From a virus (taxonomy: Duplodnaviria > Caudoviricetes), in IMG/VR virus record IMGVR_UViG_3300027708_000013: a DNA stretch of 64,000 bases; one strand, given 5' to 3'. Under the pieces are notes generated by a model. The model worked only from the letters and a program-made list of their open reading frames with translations. It was not told where the DNA came from and made no database searches. This document shows positions 57,658 to 64,000 of this stretch, piece by piece. How positions within the stretch are numbered: position 1 is the stretch's first letter; each line of letters opens with the position of its first letter. Position numbers and translations under genes: made by a program.

Positions 57658-58496
57658 TCGTTCTTGAAAAGCGGCACTTGAAGTCTGTCACTGTATCTCC
57701 AACCACGCTTCATAGCCGCCCCTGCTACATTACGTGCATTCAGTGAGTACACACTTTCCACACCACCCACTGGCATCAAGTACACAGGACCTGTAAAGCC
57801 TGCACTACGATATGCACCCACGGCACATTCTGCATCAGCAACATCTTGTTGTGTGGCCACAACAAATTTCAAATACGCTGTTCCATAATTTTCATATTCG
57901 CATACAACATCTGGAAGAATAGCTTCTTCCCACTTTTCACCTGACGCTGGAAGTTTAGCACTAACACTAAACGTAACTTCTTTTGAGTTTTCATAAACCC
58001 AATCTTCTAAATAACTTTTAAATTCTTCTGTTAGTTTTTGAGTGCCATTTGTTTCAAAGGTTATTTCTTTCAAAGCCTTCAAACTGGGATGATCTAGTAA
58101 ATCTGGGTAGGCACGTTGCCATCCCAACAAAGGTTCCCCTCCAGTGATCACAAGATGTTCGTCTCTCCACTCACCATGTGGTAAGATCTCCATGATACGA
58201 GCCACAATGGCATCCGTAGTCAACATGGGACTGAGCTGTTTAAAGTCCGGATGCCACGACGCATAACTGTCACAACCAGTTGACACCAATGGTAATGCCT
58301 CATATCGTGGGTAAGGATACAACTCATGTATTGCGGCCAAGTCATCGGCTTCGGTACTTGACTCGCCACGTGGCATGCCAAATCCGCTACAAGTGAAGTT
58401 ACACCCAAATGTTCGAAGGAACACACTGGGTACTCCCATGTATCTTCCTTCTCCCTGGATTGAATAAAACAGTTCTGCTATTTTAATCTTGCTCAT
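57645..58496 (-). CDS. queE: 7-carboxy-7-deazaguanine synthase (radical SAM)
   Basis: ELFYSIQGEG, VFLRTFGCNFTC, GCDS, VITGGEP, FETNGT, KFVV, YLMP, RLQVPLF. Confidence 0.9.
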   Translation of the reverse strand: MSKIKIAELFYSIQGEGRYMGVPSVFLRTFGCNFTCSGFGMPRGESSTEADDLAAIHELYPYPRYEALPLVSTGCDSYASWHPDFKQLSPMLTTDAIVARIMEILPHGEWRDEHLVITGGEPLLGWQRAYPDLLDHPSLKALKEITFETNGTQKLTEEFKSYLEDWVYENSKEVTFSVSAKLPASGEKWEEAILPDVVCEYENYGTAYLKFVVATQQDVADAECAVGAYRSAGFTGPVYLMPVGGVESVYSLNARNVAGAAMKRGWRYSDRLQVPLFKNEWGT

Positions 58497-58764
58497 CGAA
58501 TATTGTACTCCACTTTCGTAATTTGTTAAATTTGTTTTGTTTTGCTACGGTTATTTCTGATTCTGTTACCACACCGTGTTGTTTTAACAGCTCAATCATG
58601 GCCACTACATCGCCAATTTCTTTCACTAAGTTTTCACGTTGTGTGCCTGATTCTTTGAGGTACACATTGTCCATACCAAAACGTCTACACTTGCTGATGC
58701 TTTGTATCACCTCGGCACACTCTTCTTGTAGTATATCTAATATTTCTGTTATCTTGCTAGTCAT
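58483..58764 (-). CDS. MazG-like nucleotide pyrophosphohydrolase
   Basis: LQEECAEVIQ..KC.RFG..KEIGDV (EExxE..ExxD). Confidence 0.75.
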   Translation of the reverse strand: MTSKITEILDILQEECAEVIQSISKCRRFGMDNVYLKESGTQRENLVKEIGDVVAMIELLKQHGVVTESEITVAKQNKFNKLRKWSTIFDEQD

Positions 58765-59483
58765 TTTCTTGCAATTCCATTTAAAACTAAATTAGTTTGT
58801 TCCTGCATCACTTGATCCAGTGTGGTGTTTATAGACAATCCCAACTTGGGTGCTATTATTTTATTACAATATTCCCAATGAGTCAATGGTGTTGGGTGAT
58901 TATCTGTGCCATCTGGGTGATATTGATGTCGAGTCAACATGTATTGATTGTTTTGTTCTTGATAATCCAGCAAGGAAATTCCCTCGACATGATTGTTGGC
59001 AATATTATATTTTTTATATATGTCCAACAATTTGGCATCTACCTCTTTTTCTGTTTCGCCTGTAAAAAACGGAAAAGCTGAAAAATGATACACAGTATAT
59101 TTTTTTCTATAACTGTCACAGTCAACCAAATACATGTAATCCATTGTGGTTTGAAAACGTTCCACACAGTGATAAAAATTGACTAAAAATGTTTTGTCTC
59201 CTCGTATACTGCCCAGGTGATGCCAGTGTGGATCATGTTTATTGGACGGACTTGATTTTGGTGTATCTCGATACCTGGACCAACGATCAAATCCAGACCA
59301 CATGATCACCACTGTATCACCGGATCGGGCTTGATCAACCACCGATCGTGCAATGGTGGCATTGTCTCCACCAGCGATGCCTACGTTGCGAAACTCATTA
59401 AATTCTGCACCGAGATAGTCGGCCCAAGTACTCCAACAGTAATCAGTAAAACTACACCCCGACACTACTAATCTTGTGTTCAT
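58761..59483 (-). CDS. SGNH/GDSL-like protein
   Basis: VSGCSFT, IAGGDN, DNHPT..H. Confidence 0.55.
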   Translation of the reverse strand: MNTRLVVSGCSFTDYCWSTWADYLGAEFNEFRNVGIAGGDNATIARSVVDQARSGDTVVIMWSGFDRWSRYRDTPKSSPSNKHDPHWHHLGSIRGDKTFLVNFYHCVERFQTTMDYMYLVDCDSYRKKYTVYHFSAFPFFTGETEKEVDAKLLDIYKKYNIANNHVEGISLLDYQEQNNQYMLTRHQYHPDGTDNHPTPLTHWEYCNKIIAPKLGLSINTTLDQVMQEQTNLVLNGIARK

Positions 59484-59484
59484 A

Positions 59485-60435
59485 TCAAATTCCCAAATTC
59501 TGTATTTTATTGTGATTTTCTATCATGTATTCTTCAAATCTCGTTCTATTATTGATCAATCTCGGCAATAGTTTTTGATATAACATATTTAGATCTGACG
59601 GGCGTTTATCAAAGTTTTTTAATATCTCCGCAATGGCATGTGCCCGGTCACGCCAATGCGGGAGACTCCACCAAGTACCAAATACATCATCAAAGGTATC
59701 AAATCCCGATTGATGCAATTGATTGTATAAATTATCGTCACCTAATATTAAAAATGGACGTAGGCCAATAATGGGTTTCCATGATTTCTCACTGAGAAAA
59801 ACATTGGAATGTTTGCAGGATTCTGTGACCACATTGATAAAAATTTGATTCCATATTGTGGGATCGCCTAGGCTAAAAATGTCGTTGGCTATTTTTCCAA
59901 TGTTTTCTGGTTCGTGAGGATCAAACTGCTTTACATCATAGTGCGGATCAATGAATCCTTGAGTACTTTGACTCACAATTCCATGATCTTTCACACTGGC
60001 AAGTTGTTCTAAAAATTCAATTCTAAACGGATGCAGTTTTCTATTTAAACATAGATATAATTTTTTTATATTGGGTGCTTGAGTATAACGTTGATCAAAG
60101 AAATACTCAGGATTTTGTCGTATAAACTCCACCCAATAACTAAAATAATACTGCCCATAACTGTTACCAATGTGTATTTGTGCTCTAGATCGATTGCAAA
60201 TTATTTCATGTGCTGCAGTTCTAAGAGGAATACATCCTGTGCTCTCCCAATCAATACTGGAATAACACACTGCAATTTTTTTACAATCTAGTTTATCAAG
60301 TTCTGTATCTGTTGCAGTGATACCACTGGTATCAATGAAAACATGATCCTGTGACAGTTGCGGTAGTATTTGTTCAATGATATAGCAATTGACTTTCCCA
60401 CGCCGAGATAAATTAAACGGTTTATTATATGCCAT
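59485..60435 (-). CDS. GT10-motif-like protein
   Basis: INVVTES..FLSEKSWKPI..RPFLILG..GFDTF. Confidence 0.5.
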   Translation of the reverse strand: MAYNKPFNLSRRGKVNCYIIEQILPQLSQDHVFIDTSGITATDTELDKLDCKKIAVCYSSIDWESTGCIPLRTAAHEIICNRSRAQIHIGNSYGQYYFSYWVEFIRQNPEYFFDQRYTQAPNIKKLYLCLNRKLHPFRIEFLEQLASVKDHGIVSQSTQGFIDPHYDVKQFDPHEPENIGKIANDIFSLGDPTIWNQIFINVVTESCKHSNVFLSEKSWKPIIGLRPFLILGDDNLYNQLHQSGFDTFDDVFGTWWSLPHWRDRAHAIAEILKNFDKRPSDLNMLYQKLLPRLINNRTRFEEYMIENHNKIQNLGI

Positions 60436-60461
60436 TGATTTTTATTGCTTGTGCTGTGGAT

Positions 60462-60665
60462 TCAACATTGGTTCCAATGTCTTACTACACCTGCGATTAT
60501 AACAAAATTTGTTATTATGTATATCAACACAATTACTGTGCGAACACCGGCGACGCCGTCGGCTTCTTGATCAGTAGCACCAGTTTTTTCACCCAGTGCC
60601 TTGGCCCAAATTCTCCAAAGATGCCTAACCTTCGTAGATGGCACTGTTGGCTCCATGTTCAGCAC
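60462..60665 (-). CDS. Small membrane protein (start uncertain)
   Basis: WRIWAKALGEK..EAD..RTVIVLIYIITNFVIIAGVVRHW, one TM segment. Confidence 0.55.
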   Translation of the reverse strand: MLNMEPTVPSTKVRHLWRIWAKALGEKTGATDQEADGVAGVRTVIVLIYIITNFVIIAGVVRHWNQC

Positions 60666-61251
60666 ATTCCGCTCTTACACAGTAACAACGACCATTGGTT
60701 TTTTCTCTAATCAATTGATCGGCAAAATAAAATGCATGTTCGGCAAATTTCTCTGCACCCACACCATTGAATATTCTAATTTCGGCTAATCCCAACTCTT
60801 CCAGTTCTTGGAATTTGGCAAGATATGGATCAGCGAGATCCAACGCCAATTTATGATCAAAGTTATCTTCTAACCATGCCTTGAGCGGTTTGAGTCCGCC
60901 AAAGTCCACTGCCCAGTTTTTATCATCTAATTCATCGCAACCAAATGTAAATGTAAATGCTAGACTGTAACCATGTAGCAAATGACAATGACTGTGATCT
61001 GCGTTGGGTTGACGAAACACAGCACTGAGTCCTATGTTGTGTCCGTAGTGCTTGGTTGAGTAATATTTTGCCCCAGACCTTTGCCCTGTTTCGGCAATGT
61101 CATTGAGTGCTTGCTCGGTTGATTGAACTGTATTGCGTAACTGTTCAATGTATTCAGATGTCTCGTCACTATTTGCCTTGGTGCTATGGTAATGGTTGAT
61201 TCGAGCATCAAAATAGTCGCTCAGTGCTGATGTGAAAGTTTTATTTGCCAT
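60625..61251 (-). CDS. queD: 6-carboxy-5,6,7,8-tetrahydropterin synthase with N-terminal extension
   Basis: HCHLLHGYS, DFGGLK, FDHK, GAEKFAE, ECAEHGANSAIY; AGGAG RBS. Confidence 0.85.
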   Translation of the reverse strand: MANKTFTSALSDYFDARINHYHSTKANSDETSEYIEQLRNTVQSTEQALNDIAETGQRSGAKYYSTKHYGHNIGLSAVFRQPNADHSHCHLLHGYSLAFTFTFGCDELDDKNWAVDFGGLKPLKAWLEDNFDHKLALDLADPYLAKFQELEELGLAEIRIFNGVGAEKFAEHAFYFADQLIREKTNGRCYCVRAECAEHGANSAIYEG

Positions 61252-61330
61252 TGTATTCTCCTATGTTAGATTATAGCATAGACTTGCAGAATTTGTATAG
61301 CGGGAATGAAAGCCAGAAAGGCCGCTTGAA
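61252..61330 (-). ncRNA. Candidate cis-regulatory RNA (preQ1-I-like pseudoknot plus RBS hairpin) upstream of queD
   Basis: P1 AGCGG/CCGCU, 18-nt loop ending in C, A-rich tail AUACAAA, P2 GGCUU/AAGUC, and a CUAUG/CAUAG hairpin overlapping the AUAGGAG RBS. Pairings assigned by eye only. Confidence 0.4.
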
Positions 61331-61337
61331 ACAGTAT

Positions 61338-61889
61338 TTATTGTTGCCACCAAGTTTCCCAAGGAAAACAAATCCACACCGGGTCTTCCAGTTTGTTGAT
61401 GTCCGTCCCCGAATAGTCCACCAAAAACTCACTCGCAGTGTTGTTCACCAGCACAGCAGTGCGTACATTGTGATGCCAGACGTTCAGCCAACGATCGTGA
61501 TTGGGCAAACAACTGCTTTGCCAATCCTCCCGAATCCAAGCCAGTGTGGCACCGGAATCATTGATGTCGTCTACTATTAATATACGTTTAGCATGTATGG
61601 TGTAGTCAAATGCACTGTTGGTGCCCAGGCCTTGATATCCGCCATCCACCCAACCGAATGCATCTTCGGCCATGCTGAGATTACTTGTACGCTCATCTCC
61701 GTCACGCAAACTCACATCCAGACTCCGCATTGGTACGCCCAAATAATGACTCAACATCAATGCCGGAGTCAATCCACCACGTGTGAGTCCCACAATGTAA
61801 TCGGGGCGCCATGAGCCCTCGTGCAGGTCACGTATAATTTCATGCACCCAACCACGAACATCTGCATCGGTGTAATAGATTTTTTTCAT
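61338..61889 (-). CDS. Type I phosphoribosyltransferase (xanthine/guanine PRT-like)
   Basis: IVGLTRGGL, ILIVDDINDSGATL (PRPP-binding loop), WICFPWE. Confidence 0.85.
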   Translation of the reverse strand: MKKIYYTDADVRGWVHEIIRDLHEGSWRPDYIVGLTRGGLTPALMLSHYLGVPMRSLDVSLRDGDERTSNLSMAEDAFGWVDGGYQGLGTNSAFDYTIHAKRILIVDDINDSGATLAWIREDWQSSCLPNHDRWLNVWHHNVRTAVLVNNTASEFLVDYSGTDINKLEDPVWICFPWETWWQQ

Positions 61890-62635
61890 CTTGGAGCAAA
61901 GTCCTGTTGTAGTTTGATATTGTCCATGAACTCTTTTTTAGTTCCTGGGTCTGTGTTGAACGCACCTTTGAGTACTGTGGTCTGTGTCAAACTACTATGT
62001 GCCATGATGCCTCTATTGGTGCAACATCCATGTTCCGCCTGTATGTAAACTCCAATATGTTCCGAATCTGTTGCTCTCATTATTTCTTTTGCGATGTCGT
62101 TGCAGAGCTCTTCTTGTAAAGTACCACGCCTAGCACACCACTGAGCAATCCTAGTGTACTTGCTAAGACCAATAAGTTTGTTAGCGGCGATAATACCAAT
62201 GTAAGCCACACCACTAACAGGCTGATGATGATGACTACACATACTACGCAACTCACTTCTAATAACCAACATACCTTCATATCTATCCTCGCTATCATTT
62301 GGAAAAGCTGTTGCATCTGGTGCTGCATCATATCTACCCGCCATCGTTTCGTTAAAATACATTTTAGCCAATCGCTTGGCAGTGCCCTTGCTGTTTGGAT
62401 CCGTTTCTCTATCAATCAGCAAGCGATCTAAAACAGTTTCGAATGCCTCAGCGGCTTCGTTGATCAATTGTCGTTTGACGGCATCATTATTGACATATTC
62501 GCTAATATTGTCTCCAGCCCAAAATCTTTTACCATTTCGTTTCATTGTGGCACGAATCACGTCTGATACTGGGCATAGTTGATAACCACCGTCACCTGCC
62601 ATTGCGGCTAGGCCTGTTTCTTTTTTATTTGTCAA
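61886..62635 (-). CDS. folE: GTP cyclohydrolase I
   Basis: TAKRLAKMY, SMCSHH, GLSKYTR, QEEL, HGCCTNRG; TTG start with GGGAG RBS. Confidence 0.95.
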   Translation of the reverse strand: MTNKKETGLAAMAGDGGYQLCPVSDVIRATMKRNGKRFWAGDNISEYVNNDAVKRQLINEAAEAFETVLDRLLIDRETDPNSKGTAKRLAKMYFNETMAGRYDAAPDATAFPNDSEDRYEGMLVIRSELRSMCSHHHQPVSGVAYIGIIAANKLIGLSKYTRIAQWCARRGTLQEELCNDIAKEIMRATDSEHIGVYIQAEHGCCTNRGIMAHSSLTQTTVLKGAFNTDPGTKKEFMDNIKLQQDFAPR

Positions 62636-62658
62636 TTAGTTCTCCCGTGTATTGTGTT

Positions 62659-62687
62659 ATTGTATAGTATTTAGATTCAAGTGTCAA
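62659..62687 (-). promoter_or_regulatory. sigma70-type promoter of the folE operon with nested TAAATA
   Basis: TTGACA(62687-62682)-17 nt-TACAAT(62664-62659); TAAATA at 62668-62673. Confidence 0.75.
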
Positions 62688-62743
62688 ATAATTATGAACA
62701 TATATTATATAATAAATACCAAAACAATGTGATTATATTCAAA

Positions 62744-63826
62744 ATGAAACGTGCCGTTCTTTGTGTTGCCAATCCGCAGGACTATATCAATCAACTTGAT
62801 GATTACAGTATTATGATTGTCAATCCTGATGCTCCCGTGTCACGACAGCAGTATCTACTAGATAATTCAGATTGGAGCCTGCTGATCACAGCCGATGGTG
62901 AGCAACATCGTGACGGTGCCGACTACCCCAATGAACGAGTGTTATGGTATACTTCGGGCACCACCGGCGACAGTAAGTTTTGCAGTTTTAGTCAACGACA
63001 ATTAAACCATATGGCCGAAACCATTGTACAAGCATATGATCTAACCGAACAGGATAGGTATGTCAGTGTCATGAGTCTTTGGCATGCACACGGGCAAGGA
63101 TTTTATTGGGCCACACAGTTGGCTGGATGTGAAACACACTATCTTTCAGTTAAAAACCTACGTGCCTGGCCCAGCTACAGTCCTACCTTTGTCACTGCCA
63201 TACCTGATGTATTACAAACCGCCACTCAGTTAAAATTTGATAACAATCTAAGGTTTATACGCACAGCCAGTGCTCCATTGCCTGATCGGTTGTACACTGC
63301 ACTACGAGAATGTTTCGACGTCCCGGTATTGGAAGCATTTGGTATGACCGAGGCAATGAGTCATTGTTTTACCAATCCCTTACACGGTGAGCAAAGAATG
63401 GGCACCGTGGGTTTACCGTCAGGAGTTGAAGCTCAAATTGATGATGGGCACCTGTTGTTGCGTGGTCCCACTTTGGATAGAGAGGTATGGTTTGACACCG
63501 GTGACTTGGCCGAGCAAGATGAAAAAGGATACTATCGAATACTTGGTCGCAGCCGTGATCAAATCAATGTCAAAGGTGTTAAATTAAATCCGTTGAGTCT
63601 GGAACAAAAAATACTTGAGAATATCGCCGGAGTGTCGGCGGTGGCAGTGTTTGGCTCAGATTCGGTTAAATGTGTTTATGTTGGATCTGTTGACAGTAAA
63701 GAAATTCAACAATTCTTAATTGATCTAGCACCATACTGTCGAGCCACAGTATTGGAATCTGTTTCTGCTATACCCTTGACTCCTGCAGGTAAAGTATCCC
63801 GCAGTTTGTTAAATACTCTTTACTAA
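62744..63826 (+). CDS. AMP-binding (ANL superfamily) acyl-CoA synthetase-like ligase
   Basis: YTSGTTG, RTASAPL, EAFGMTE, FDTGDL, GRSRDQINVKG, GKV. Start moved to ATG 62744; TAAATA at 62713. Confidence 0.85.
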   Translation: MKRAVLCVANPQDYINQLDDYSIMIVNPDAPVSRQQYLLDNSDWSLLITADGEQHRDGADYPNERVLWYTSGTTGDSKFCSFSQRQLNHMAETIVQAYDLTEQDRYVSVMSLWHAHGQGFYWATQLAGCETHYLSVKNLRAWPSYSPTFVTAIPDVLQTATQLKFDNNLRFIRTASAPLPDRLYTALRECFDVPVLEAFGMTEAMSHCFTNPLHGEQRMGTVGLPSGVEAQIDDGHLLLRGPTLDREVWFDTGDLAEQDEKGYYRILGRSRDQINVKGVKLNPLSLEQKILENIAGVSAVAVFGSDSVKCVYVGSVDSKEIQQFLIDLAPYCRATVLESVSAIPLTPAGKVSRSLLNTLY

Positions 63827-64000
63827 AGTATTTTAAGTTATAAACTGGTGTTTTGGTTAACTTGTATATTTTGTGTTGCTAACAAAACATAAAGATTGTC
63901 TGTTGTCGTGTAGTAGTGTATATTCGTAATGGTCAAGAATCATTTGATATTAATTAATCTACAATCGGGATAGTCAAAATGCTTGTCAAGTTGAGGAGTG

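Noticed and set aside
63857-63943. 28-aa minus-strand ORF (MILDHYEYT..) coupled by ATGA to a partial ORF at the window edge
   Set aside because: Too short, no motif, and its context is cut off by the window end; cannot be supported.
1-64000. CRISPR array, tRNA, rRNA, diversity-generating retroelement, integrase/transposase, intein or intron
   Set aside because: I saw no regularly spaced repeat-spacer array, cloverleaf, reverse transcriptase, recombinase or splicing motifs by eye. tRNAscan-SE/Infernal were not run, so short RNAs could be missed.
1-64000. Stop-codon reassignment as in some large phages
   Set aside because: TAA, TAG and TGA all terminate well-formed genes (for example 8570, 9985, 9254), and conserved enzymes are uninterrupted under code 11.

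Overview
This window is 64 kb of a large tailed dsDNA phage genome with T4-like/jumbo-myophage organisation and the standard genetic code. 1-15.4 kb (+): baseplate and tail module, with a >2,490-aa baseplate-like protein (5'-truncated), several tail fibres, two fibre/adhesin-like pairs and TAAATA late-type promoters. 15.4-40.6 kb: a very large tailoring-enzyme cluster. It holds GT-A-like glycosyltransferases, 5 radical-SAM enzymes with N-terminal twitch/SPASM-like domains, SGNH-like and GT10-like paralogues, a NodU-family carbamoyltransferase, an APS-kinase/nucleotidyltransferase fusion, a DegT aminotransferase and an NDP-sugar epimerase. 40.6-57 kb (-): thyX, a DHFR-like gene, a MoxR-vWA pair, early genes separated by repeated sigma70 promoters, a ParB/GIY-YIG/HNH-like/ATPase-GNAT cassette, a SleB-type hydrolase and RNase H. 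57.6-62.6 kb (-): a 7-deazaguanine precursor operon (folE, PRTase, queD, MazG-like, queE), with no queC or dpdA in the window. It is interrupted by GT/SGNH genes, and a candidate preQ1-like pseudoknot RNA lies in front of queD. An AMP-binding ligase follows on the + strand. All product calls come from motifs read by eye; no database searches were run. I recognised no tRNA, rRNA, CRISPR array, integrase or transposase.
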